Shown here: piece after piece, positions 40,410-52,000 of the stretch
How positions within the stretch are numbered: position 1 is the first letter of the stretch
Layout of the letters: each line of letters starts with the position of its first letter
Origin: Marsupella aquatica
Lineage: Eukaryota > Plantae > Marchantiophyta
Assembly (NCBI GenBank): GCA_973895155.1
Contig: OZ316891.1
Location: 2,803,801 to 2,867,800, forward strand
Direction of reading: 5' to 3'
Length of the DNA: 64,000 nt
Translations under genes and position numbers: made by a program
The notes under the pieces: generated by a model
Databases searched by the model: none
Told to the model about the DNA's origin: nothing
The model's input: the letters and a program-made list of their open reading frames with translations, nothing else

Positions 40410-41417
40410 TTGGTAGACACATTATTCAGCATTTGCTAACTTCGAAACTAGAAGGGTAACACATTAAACAACAGAGAAACTCACAACATCCTCCTTTGGT
40501 CCTTCAGAGTCTGTACTTTGATTCTGAAGTTTGACTGAGTTTTTGTTTACTAAAAGAATGTGACTGTGTAAGAGTTCCGTTTGGCAGTGGATTGGTTGAA
40601 GCACTTCATGCTAGTGTGTTGTCCACAGCTCTTCAACCAGCTTTCGTCTTCCTTGTCTTTCACCACTTACGATGACATCAATTCAGCTAAGACCATAGAA
40701 GGTTCCAAAGCATCTAACTTGTAAAATCGCATTCTGTTACATCAAGGACTAAGGTGTTGGGTGCCAAAGGAGACAGCACAACAAACACGCTGAAAAGACT
40801 TCAGGACTGGGTTCAACAAGGTAGTGAAGGTGCTTAGAGCCATAGTAAGTATGCATTCTGTATCTTTCTCTATTGATGTGAGCTTGTGCATAATGGGAGT
40901 TGTAGTTGGCAAGAGTTCCAAATATGAATAGATCCAGAAGTATGTGATCATGTACTTGCTCTATAAAGTTCTGAAGATATAAGCATTTTCTGTTAGACCA
41001 GGCAACTTGGGAGTTGGTAAGTGTCACCTGCATCTGAGGGGCTACACCGGGGCATCAGTGGAGGTTCACTTGCACAACACGACAACCAGTGAATTTTCTC
41101 TCTGCTGCAACCTGCAAGGTGAGACTTTCGGTCTTTCTGGATGAAAAAACAGGAGTTTAATATGATTGATATACATGTCCGTCGAGAATATGGGTTTATC
41201 ACCAAGCTCTTTGTCTTAGGAAACTCATAAACTCAGAATCAAATATGTACTATGCACGTTTCATGCTATGTGTATACTATGACCTGTAGTTGGAACCAAG
41301 ACAATGAGTGGGAACTGATTAGTTTAGGTGGTTGCTGTTGGCGAGGCAAGTCGACCTCCTGCTCACCTTGCTCATCAAAGGACGTGAACAGAGGACATCA
41401 CAACGAAAGCAACACTT

Positions 41418-41867
41418 ATGGTGAGGACCCGCAACGCTGAACATGTGCGACTTGCACGCAAGGCAGAGATGTTGCGCCTTGAGTATGTCAGACTTGGGAT
41501 CCTTCCAGCCCAGTCTGCATGGTACTTTGAGTACCCTGTTGTTTCTAGGAACAACTACAGCCGGCCTCTACCTGCTTCAGTACCCTTCCCGACATCCTTG
41601 GTATTTGTGTCTCTTGTACATGACCCGCCACAAATTAGGTGCCAAGGGTGTGTACACAGTTGCCAATATGACTGTCCTGCCTGTAGGGCTTCTGGCCCAG
41701 AATTGGATGACCGTTCTCTTGGATGCCGATTTTTGCACAGAGCACAATGTATCATCTGGAACCACTTGCCATCCTGCAGTGTGCCTGGTGATGTCACTTG
41801 TCCTGCCCTCCCAGACCCCACCACCGGTGACTTTGGTGTCTACACATGTTTGGATCACATGCTCTAG
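41418..41867 (+). CDS. Cys/His-rich atypical PHD-like zinc-finger protein (149 aa), CACTA cargo
   Basis: ATG-started intact ORF with CQGC..CxxxCPAC...GC-x7-CIIWNHLPSC...YTCLDH, which fits a C4-H-C-C-x2-H PHD-like spacing with a WxH motif. Confidence 0.55.
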   Translation: MVRTRNAEHVRLARKAEMLRLEYVRLGILPAQSAWYFEYPVVSRNNYSRPLPASVPFPTSLVFVSLVHDPPQIRCQGCVHSCQYDCPACRASGPELDDRSLGCRFLHRAQCIIWNHLPSCSVPGDVTCPALPDPTTGDFGVYTCLDHML

Positions 41868-42564
41868 AGGACCACTTGTCACACCGCATGCACAGACCAG
41901 ATACCATTGACCTATAGCTTAACACTCTGACTTCAACACAGAGGATATTTACTTAAAATTTTGATGTATGAGCAATTTTGGGTCCAGGGTTTAGGGTCAA
42001 CAGTACATAACTTATATCCTATTATGCCTGCACTAAGCAAAATATCCTAATTTAAGAGGCTAGCAAACTCGCATAAAAGTCTCTATTGAAAGACTGCTTT
42101 CATGACTGCTTTAACCTGTGAACATTGCAACGTTGAATGAATTAATGGGCCATGTGATAATATGCAAAATGATTTATGCCTCACTTATTTGTCTCAGCCA
42201 CTATCATAACCTATTTAGGATGTATAAATTTCAACCCTTATGACACTGCTTCATACCAATCCTCTTCGAAGAATGCCTGTTTTACATGTCACGACTATTG
42301 TATGTGATTCAAATGCATGAAATGTTGTTGCAGATCTCCTTTGGTGAATCATAGCCACAATTAAAATTGAGGTGTTGGTGGAGAAATTGTATTAGGGGAT
42401 CAGTTTTGTGTGTGGGCTCAACATACCAAAAGTATGTGTGCTCTGCATCCTTGTGTGGCCATTCCAATTCATTGCAGTAGCAAATGCCTTTGTACCTTAA
42501 ATGCTAAATATATTTTACTTTCTGTGCAGTCTGCTAAATTGTAGAGTCTATCTCATGCGCAGGC

Positions 42565-43245
42565 ATGGCACGGCCTAAAATTCAAGCCAAAAAGCGTGTG
42601 ACAGAGGTGAGAAACACAGGTGTACTTGGGGCAGATGCTACTAACTTCTCTGCAAGTCAGATTTTCCAGAAGGCAGCTCATTGTTGTGCCATTTGTGACG
42701 ATGGTGGGGGCCTGGTCATTTGTGAGGGCCCTTGCATGAGGCATTTCCACCTCAACCCGGAGTCTGACCTTGCTGCAGAAAACAACTGTCCAGGGGTGGG
42801 CCTCCCGTCAACACACCAGGGAGACTGGATGTGCACTGATTGTTTGGAGAAGCAGGCTAAGTGTGCACAGTGTGGGAAGTTGGGGTCCTATGAGGGCTCT
42901 GTTGATGCTGCAGCAAATGTTAGGAAATGTCCAGACCGTTTTTGTGTGAGATTTTTCTGTTTTGAGTGTTTGCCTGCTCATGCCACAGCTTGCCCACTTC
43001 ATAGGTGCAAGGCATGTGGTGAGCATGATGATGACTACTGGACTGACATAGTCCACTGTGCTAGGTGTCCCACTATGTGGCACTATCATTGCCTGAAAGA
43101 TCATCAAGCAGAGGGTTATGCTTGTGACAGAGAAATCTATGATCACTCTGCACATGGTGTTGATCGATGGATATTTTATTGTCATCGCCATGCCATTGAT
43201 CCTACCTCGCGCACTCCTGTGAGAGATCACATATCTTGGCTGTGA
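42565..43245 (+). CDS. Stand-alone EDM2-like triple-PHD finger protein (226 aa), CACTA cargo
   Basis: Intact ORF with CAICDDGG.LVICEGPCMRHFH, WMCTDC...AKCAQCGKLGS, CPLHRCKAC, CARCP..WHYHCL and FYCHRHAIDP...TPVRDH. This is colinear with the EDM2 PHD region as I recall it (CAICDNGG..CEGSCLRSFH...LGSS...CPLHKC...CRRCPKSYH...YC..HEID...TPVRDH). Confidence 0.85.
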   Translation: MARPKIQAKKRVTEVRNTGVLGADATNFSASQIFQKAAHCCAICDDGGGLVICEGPCMRHFHLNPESDLAAENNCPGVGLPSTHQGDWMCTDCLEKQAKCAQCGKLGSYEGSVDAAANVRKCPDRFCVRFFCFECLPAHATACPLHRCKACGEHDDDYWTDIVHCARCPTMWHYHCLKDHQAEGYACDREIYDHSAHGVDRWIFYCHRHAIDPTSRTPVRDHISWL

Positions 43246-43837
43246 AGCTGAACATTGTACATGCACAGTGCACCTGATGTGGATGTACTATTTTTTGAGA
43301 TTGCAGAGATTCCAATTTTGAAAAGGAGTTGGGTAGGCGAGTTTATATAGGCAGCACTTATCTTGTGCTCTGGCGTCAGTGGCTGGGTACATGCCTATAC
43401 AAACTTATCCTTACAAGCCTTCTTGGAAGTATTTAGGCTGAGTGGTCATTTTCATAAACACTTTCATCACACTGCTAAATTAAAACAGGACTTCTAAATT
43501 GTAAGCGTATAAATTATCAGGCATGCAATTAATCAAATTGCCCTATAAGTTTGTCATTGAATGTATCCTCCTTTACAACAAAATATGTATGTGCCATGAC
43601 AAGTTGGTTGCACTTCATTTCACCACGGATATGGATTTTGTAGTATATATTCAAACAATGTCCTGCATCCGTGCAGGTGCCTAGTACGTATTGTTCACAT
43701 ATCCCTTGTACCTATCAAAATCGGACCTGAGCACCAGTGGGCCAGATCAACTCAAAAAGCAGGAATTTTGTTGTCCTTGTATTGTCAGGTGAACCCATTC
43801 TTCCAAAATTCACTGTCATCACGTAGGGTGTGTGTAC

Positions 43838-44710
43838 ATGGAGCCTGGTAAACGTAGAAAGTGTGACCACCCAGCAGTGTTTACAGGGGTCAGAGCGATT
43901 TTGGTCCATGGCCAGCATGGGTTGACCAAAGTGCATTGGCCAACTGTACAGAAACGATTCTCTGAGCTCCATGGCACTGTAGTTCAAGACATCACTCCAG
44001 AGACTACACATGTTGTTGCAGGGACATGGCTATCAGTGATAAAGAAGTGGTCATGGTCCTACATGAATTCTGCAATTACTAAGCAAGGCCTAAAAGTAGT
44101 TGAGGCCTCTTGGATCACAGATTCCATAGCACATAAGATTGTACAGGATACTGAGCAATATGAGTTGTGGGAGGATGAAGAAGCTACTGCATCAGCTTGG
44201 GCTGAACAAGAAGTCTGGGAAGCAAAGGCACGGCTTGCTGATCTCCAATATGGACCTGTACTCAACAAAGGACAGAGCTCTACAAGGCTGAAGAGTATGT
44301 TGGCTGAGGAGACGAAGCAACCAACCCCCATTCTGAAAGGGCTGAGCATGGTATTTGTGGAGGCGGGAATTGGAGAGGTTAAGTGCAAAGTGTACAAGTC
44401 CACAGTGCTTGACCTAGGTGGGACAGTGGAGGAGAATATAACAGAGGACACCACTCATGTCATTACTAAGTCATATCCCAAAGCCTGCCGCAAGTTTGGG
44501 AAGGGAGACATTCGCTTTTATGTCATGTCCCATAATGTGTTTGTGGTTTCATATGCTTGGCTTGTGGAATCAGTAGCAGCTGGGAAGCGTCAAAACCCAA
44601 TGGACTATGATCTTTTTGAGGCCTGGCCACGGAAGGGTCAGGATCCTTACAGAGAGGACTATGAGACAACAAGTGAGGAATGGGTCATTAGCGATTCTGA
44701 ATCAGAGTGA
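43838..44710 (+). CDS. Tandem BRCT-domain protein (290 aa), CACTA cargo
   Basis: Two BRCT repeats: FTGVRAILV...LHGTV...TTHVV...VVEASWITDSI...YEL and LKGLSMVFVE.G...LGGTVEE...TTHVI...KFGK...VVSYAWLVESV.AG...YDL, followed by an acidic tail. Confidence 0.85.
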   Translation: MEPGKRRKCDHPAVFTGVRAILVHGQHGLTKVHWPTVQKRFSELHGTVVQDITPETTHVVAGTWLSVIKKWSWSYMNSAITKQGLKVVEASWITDSIAHKIVQDTEQYELWEDEEATASAWAEQEVWEAKARLADLQYGPVLNKGQSSTRLKSMLAEETKQPTPILKGLSMVFVEAGIGEVKCKVYKSTVLDLGGTVEENITEDTTHVITKSYPKACRKFGKGDIRFYVMSHNVFVVSYAWLVESVAAGKRQNPMDYDLFEAWPRKGQDPYREDYETTSEEWVISDSESE

Positions 44711-45143
44711 GGAGTAGTAGCATCAGTTTGGACACAAGTTTTTTTGTATAAATCAGATCATTGAAATAAATGTGATCTTTGAACTAATGTACCTTGTTAT
44801 GGTTGGTGGCAGTTGGGCTTATTTTACTGTTGGCGGATTGTTGTTTCCTGCTGCCTGGGGGTGTCACTGTAAACGTACATGCAGAGGCGGTACATTTGAG
44901 GACAGCGGAGGAGGTGGTGACACCCTCCAACATTTAGAAATTTTGTGTCATTCACTTGACAATAGGTACACTACTTGCGAACCTGTTTTTTTCTTTTGGG
45001 GTGGTTTAGGGTTTGTGAGAATTTAGTACACGTTATGTTAACTCTTTTGGCAGATACAGTCAGGGATATATGGAACACAAATACCACCATTAGGCATCCT
45101 TGTTCACTGCTGTCCATGACTGCAGAGCTCCCAGCCTGTTACA

Positions 45144-48100
45144 ATGCACCCTGGTCACCACCCTCCCCAGACCCAGCCCAGGGCACAGGCACTGCCTTTG
45201 CATCATCCCACAAGGATATCACGCCATGATAATAAGCTTTGGCAGCGTGAAAGGTTACGAACCAGACTTTCAGGAGCCAGTAGGATGAGATGTCCTTGTG
45301 CAATCTGCCAAGGATCCCGTACCAGGGGTCTGAATGAGGTTTGGCGGCATATCGCGGTTCATGGAAGAGATCCACGACATCGAGTTTGGAATGATCCTGC
45401 AGAGGAAGATTCTTCCGACGAGGAGTGGAGGTTAGAATTTGATGCTGCCAATGCTGCAAGACGGGCAAGTAAGGTTCTGCCTGGTGCATTTGAAAATGTT
45501 GTAGCTGGTCTCTGTGGGTTGTCAGCTCTCCAACGGGATGGTGCTCAGGCAGCACCACGTGATGAAGGAATTCATGTGGAAGAGATGGTGAGAGACATCT
45601 TCCAAGACTTGGATGCATTTCATGATGGGCTGGACAATGAAGAGGATACGGTTGCAAATGCAAGTGTGCCCCCTGTCAAAGAGCCTCTTGATGAGTTTGA
45701 GATAGGGCAGGAAACCCCTGGGCATGATGGGATGTTTGGCTCTCCCCTGCAAATACAGGAAGGCAGGAAGTCTTTGTACCCCGGTAGCAAATGTTCTAAA
45801 CTGGGATTTGTCATCATGTTCCTGAACATTTGCGGCAACCACAATGTCCCCAACGTTTTGGTTTCTGAGTTGTTGGCATTCTTGCGAACAACTGTGCTAC
45901 CAGATGGTAATATTTTGCCCAAGAACATGTACGAGGCAAAAAGATGCATATCTAATCTTGGATTGAACTATGATTCGATCCATGCCTGTCCTGATGGGCA
46001 TGTTCTTTTCAGAAAGGAGTATAAAGAATCGTTGACATGCCCTAAGTGTGGGAAGCACAGGTATCGGAACTCAGGAAAGTCTATGGTTCCCGCCAAGGTA
46101 CTTCGTCATTTTCCACTCATTCCCAGACTTCAGCGGATGTTCAGAAGCCGTGCCATCTCGGAGATGATGACTTGGGCAACTGACAAGAAAAGTGATGATG
46201 GGCTACAACGACATGCTGCAGATTCAAGGCAATGGAAACTCATAGATGAGATGTATCCCGAATTTGCTGCTGAGCCGAGGAATGTCAGACTTGGGCTGTC
46301 ATTGGATGGGGTAAACCCATTTGGAGACAAGAACAACAAATTTTCATGCTGGCCTGTAACTATTTTGAATTATAACCTTCCTCCTTGGATGACTACAAAG
46401 CGATTTTTTGTTCTGATGGTCCTACTGATACCAGGGCCAGACAGTGCTGTATCTGCCAACATAGATGTGTTTCTGGCTCCCCTAGTGGAGGAATTGAGAA
46501 ATCTTTGGGAGGAAGGAGTTCTCACATATGATGTCCTACAGAGGCTTGGGAGGTTAAACCCATTCATCCTTAGAGCCATTGTCATTCTGACTATAGCTGA
46601 CTACCCAGCCCATGGGATGATATCAGGCCAAACAACAAAAGGATATTGTGCTTGTACTATCTGTGGGCGCAATGTCACCAGTGAGTACTCCAGAGCCCTG
46701 CAGAAAGTGATATACATGGGCCATCGTCGTTTTCTAAAGACAGATCACCCTTACAGAGAAAGACAGGCACTGATTGCACACTTTGGCAATGAGATTGAGC
46801 AACGTGGACCCCCGGCACGAGTGACCAAAGAGGAGATCAGGCAGTGGGGAGCACTAAGGGATGACTATATCAAACGAGGGGGCAGGGAAGATGGAGTGAG
46901 TGATCCAATAAAGCGATATGGTGTAAAAAGACTGAGCATATTGGACTTGGAGCTCAAGTACTGGAGGGTAAGCCTCTTGGAGTTGATGCTAATTGGGATA
47001 CATGTTTTGGTTCAGAGCATGTGCATTCATTTCGAAGAGAGAGACTAAACTTGAGGCATTTCCTGACGCTTTTGCATTGCAACGATGCAGGAGTTTGAGC
47101 CAAGCAAACATAACATTGATGTTATGCACATTGAAAAGAATATTTGTGAGAGTCTACTCAGATTCTTGTGTGGAGAGAAAGACACTGGTTCAGTGAGATT
47201 GGATCTTGAACAGAGGGGAATGAAACCCCATCTTTGGTTGAGGCCACATGCCCACAGAGCTGATGTGCTCTTGAAGTACCAAGCGCCCTATGTTCTGACA
47301 GACACAGAGTGGGAACTATTTGTGCAGAGGTTGAGTTCTTTGAAGGTTCCTTCAAACTATGGCAGTGCTTTCAAGAAGCATATCATGACTAGAAAGCTTG
47401 GTAGTATGAAAAGCCATGACTACCATATGTTGATGCAACAGGTGTTGCCTTTATGCCTGAGGGGCCTGTTGCAGAAGCCTGTTCGTACTGTGATCATGCG
47501 ACTCAGTGATGTGTTTCGTCGTATTTGTGTGAAGGTTTGGGATGAAACACACTTCCCACAACTGACAGAAGATGTCGCTCAGGTGCTGTGTGACCTGGAG
47601 ATTTATTTTCCTCCCGCATTTTTTGATGTCATGACCCACCTACTTGTCCATGTTGTGGAAGAGCTACACCAATTTGGGCCTGTGAGTGCTCGTTGGTTGT
47701 ACCCTTTGGAACGGTACATGAAGCTACTCAAAGGTCACGTGAGAACATATTACAAACCTGAAGCAAGCATGGCTAAAGGTTACATCAAGGATGAGACTCT
47801 GGGATTTCTGACCGAATACATAGCACAATATGAGCATGTGAAGACCAGGGTGTGGAATTCTGATGAGGAGGAAGGGGTGGTAGGTGAAGTACTGGAAGGG
47901 GCTGCAACCACAAAGAACCTGACCATATCTATGAGAGACTTGGCACATGACTTTGTATTGCACAACACTGTGGTGATGGAACCCTGGATACAGTGAGTGC
48001 ATACATGTGCTATAATCCAGTTCATGAGCTTAAATGTTGTGTTCGTGTGGTTTTCTCCTTCAGCCTGTTCATGTTTACCCAAGCTAATGCTGTGTGGTTG

Positions 48101-48875
48101 TTCGTTCAGGGAGTATGAGTCATTGAAGGCGGCCCATCCCACTGCAGGAACAACTTTTCCAGGTTTCATGGAGTGGATCAGAGTGGCAATTAGAGAGCAT
48201 CACGAGACCCACCCAGACATGGATGCAGATGTTTACCTACTGTCTAATGCCCCTAGCCTGAAAGTGAAGACTTACAAACGGATGAGAGCATATGGGAATC
48301 ACTTCCGAGTGAAGGATGGTGACAGTGCCTACAGGGTGACGAATGACTGCGGGCTCATCACTGTATTTGAGCAACAGAGCCACAATCACAACAGGGCCTG
48401 GATGGAGATGGGATATGTGGGAGAATTAGTTGACATATGGGCTCTGGACTATGGGGCGGTGTCCAGTCCTGTGATTCTTATGAAAGGTTCATGGGTGCGG
48501 CAGGATTGGCTTGCTAACAGGGCTACCATGAAGAGAGACAACGACGGTTTCTTGCTGGCCAATTTCAGAGGGAAATTGCCCGAATGGTCTGAGCCATTTG
48601 TGTTTCCTAGTCAGGTGGAGCAAGCTTTCTTCCTGGATGTGGAAGACTCCCCAGGTTGGCGTGTAGTGTGTCATAAACAGGCCAGGCAACGCCGGATGGA
48701 AGGATCAAACCTTGAGTTTCATTTACACTCTCATAGTGCCTTTGATCGTCGGCGTTCAGACCAAGTGCCTGTAGTTCATGATAGCGGGGACTTCATTCCT
48801 GTGACAAGGGTAGATGCATTTGCTGAAGGAGGCGAATTCAGAGATGCAGATGCCAACAGTGTGCCTGTGCCATGA
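45144..48875 (+). CDS. CACTA TnpD/TNP2-type DDE transposase (~1160 aa, 3 exons), apparently intact
   Basis: Exons 45144-46967, 47091-47992 and 48110-48875 are phase-compatible. Motifs: N-terminal CPCAIC..HIAVHG, IHACP..CPKCG, LRHFPLIPRLQRMF, LSLDGVNPF, IADYPAHG, HNIDVMHIEKN, MKSHDYH, FPPAFFDVMTHL, YPLERY, EPFVFPSQVEQAFF. The exact start codon is uncertain. Confidence 0.95.
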
Positions 48876-49031
48876 GTAATGTAAATTGTTTGCATAGACA
48901 TTAGTGAGGGGAAGGATGTGTAATAAAGTAATTCTGAAGCAACACAGATGTATGGATGGATGCCTGGTGATTGTGGTTGCATTGTGTTATACGGGGTGAC
49001 CATAGATGACATGTTTTTGTGGTCCAGTAGG

Positions 49032-52000
49032 ATGGAACAGAGTGACACAGAGATGTGTGAGTATGAAAGGAAAGCTATGGAACAACGAGCATACGTGAAA
49101 GCCAAAATCGCAGAACTGGATCTGGAAAAGGATGTGGCTGAATTGTAAGGGAACGATTCTCAACTACACCCCTCCGCTGAGTTTGTGTGACATGAATAGT
49201 TCAATGTGGCACTGAAATTGTGACTGTATTCTCATATTGGAATGTCGCAGAGCCACAACATTTTCAAAGAAACAAAAGGAGTACGCAAGAAGGGTGACCA
49301 GCACTATCTCTGGGCCTGTGCGTCGGAGTGACAGGTTGAGCAAGAAGGTCGTACCTACAATGGCAGAATGTGGAGATGACATTGATGCTGCACAGGTGGG
49401 TGCAGACACTAGACAAGAAGATGCAGATGATGAGTATTTTCCAGAGGAAATGGATGAGGATGGGGGTTATGAAGATGAATACATTGCAGAGCAGCCCCAA
49501 AAGAAACATGTAAGTAGTTTTCCCAACAAGGTTTTGAGTTAAAAACTCTTGTTTAGAGGTTTCATATGTTCAGTACTACACATATGTACCTTGCTTAGTT
49601 CCTGACATTGTAGTTGGTGATGTGATGCAGCGTCCTGCCAGTTCTGTTTTGCCTTCGAAGCCTGTGCATGCACCATACCAGCAGGGGGGGCTGACCTCTG
49701 ATCAAGGTTGGCGAGGTGGTAGTAGTGGTAGATCCCAGGCTGGTGCCCAATACTATGGCAGGGGGCAAGCTCTAGGTTATGCCCGTGGTAGAGGCAGAGC
49801 AGGTCCAAACCCACAATCTCGTGGGTATGGACGTCCACCTCAACCGTGGGGATGTGAGTATATATCTATATGCCAGTTCTTTGTGAAGGCATGGCACTCC
49901 TGAATTTCAGACTGCATATCAATTTTTGACATTGTTTGGGATGTATTGGATTCAGACAACATGAAATTCTGTCCACCTGCCATTGCATGCAGATTCTGCC
50001 CAACCTGATTGGGCAAATGCTAGTAATGATCAGTTCCAATGTCCACAAGGACAGACATGGGTTGAACCAGGTTGGGAGGATGGTGGTGGGTCGTGGAATG
50101 AACAAGGTTGGGAAGGTGGTGAAGGTAATTGGCAGGGATATCAAAATACAGTACCTACAAACGCTGGAAGAGGAGCAGGTAATGTCTGATCTTGTCAGCA
50201 ATGGAAGAACTCATTATATGTGGAGTCCATTCACGTGGGGGGGACTCTGCACATGTATAATGATAGAAAATGTATGTGTGCAGGTTGGACAGTTGAACCA
50301 TCGACTCAAGTATTCACTAATGCCCCTATGCAGATGCAGCACGGAAGGGGGACAGGTATGTCGGTGAATGTTCAGTTGTTTTCCTACAGTTTGTACTTAG
50401 TTTTCAGTACATATGTTTGCACACACATACCTAGAAAGTGACATCATCCGGCCCCTGTACTAGGCTGGACAGGTGGTCCAGGGTCGCAACAATTTTAGAG
50501 TGCAGTCCCTGCACAGGCATCTACAGGCAGAGCTACAGGTATGTATGTTTGAAGAATTTTTCTTGAAGTGAAGCATTGAATGTTGCCGTCATCCATTCTG
50601 CTATATGTAGTTCTCAAGCATGAATGGCATTGTATTTTCCCAGGTGGCTTCAGAACCCCAGGTAGGGTGAATGAAGGGGTGGCCAATACAACGCCCAGTA
50701 CTACCGAGAGCAGTGCACGAGGGGAGGTGACAAAGAAAGGGAACGTAAAGTTGAATGAGAGACAATGGGTGGATGCTGAGTGTCCTCGCAAGAACCGATG
50801 GCATGCTGATTTGAAAGCTGAAGTATTGCGTTGGTTAGATGTGAGTGTTATTAATTTTAAAAAACAGCATCCAAAAGATTGGAAGACTGTATGTGAAAAT
50901 GTTGCTGCCAAATGGAATTATGTGGGCAGTGATGATGGCGTGGACATAGGTTGCCTAGAGAGTACAGCAGGTAAAATTATCAAGCAAGAGAGGTGGAGAA
51001 TGCATAAGGCTTGGAAGGAAGGTGGGGAGAAGCCAGATATGCCTCCACCAGCCAGTTGTGATGATAAAGTGTGGGCAAGGTTAGTAGCTTATTTTGTAAC
51101 AGATGCTTCAAAAAAGAAGAGTTCACAGATGACCGAGGCCAGGTTGAGTGTTCAGAACCCTAATCTGACAGGAAGGACCGGCACTGCACCGACAGCTAAA
51201 CGTTTGGTAAGAATGAATGGCCTAGCTATGTAATTTATGCTACACTATGTACTATTTTTTAGTGTAAACCCATACATGTAAACTTTGTTTTTTAGTGTAC
51301 GTTCCCTGAATATTGATCGATAACTTGTGTTTGCCATGCATGTGCAGAAAGCCCAATTGGGGCAAAGCCCTTCAAAAGAAGAGTTGAGGGCTGAAATTGT
51401 GAACACCTGGGCTCAAGAGGGTGCATCTGAATCCTCCAAGCATGTAAGTTATATGAGTTCTGATTGGTAATTGAATGACCTGCGTTGAATTTCAGGTGTA
51501 CACTGTATATAACATTGATTGTGCATATATTGCCCAACATTTCATATGGAGTGATTGAACCTATACCCCTGTGTCATGTAGGGAGGTGGATCTTCACTTA
51601 CAGAGATAAGTGGTCGTTTGAAGGCTGTCGAAACATGTCTTCCAGAGATCAATGAACGTTTGAATTCATTGACTGACTTGTTCCATGTGAACTTCAAGAC
51701 ATTAATGGAAGCTGTTGTGTCGGTGAGAGATAAAATTGATTCCAATTCTGCAGGAGTTCCACCATCACCACTTGAGGTGGCAAAGTTGATGCACTCTTCT
51801 GGCATGCCAACGACATGTAGGCTTGAAGGTAAGGCCTTTACAACTGTGTGGGATATGATTATTAAATGTATAGTTTGAATTGACATTGTTTGTTGAATGT
51901 GTTATTTTCAGTAACATATATTGTGGTTGTTGTGTCCATAGAGAATAAGACAGGTGCTACAGAGAAGAAGTATGAGAACCTGGCAAATACTCGCTGTAAT

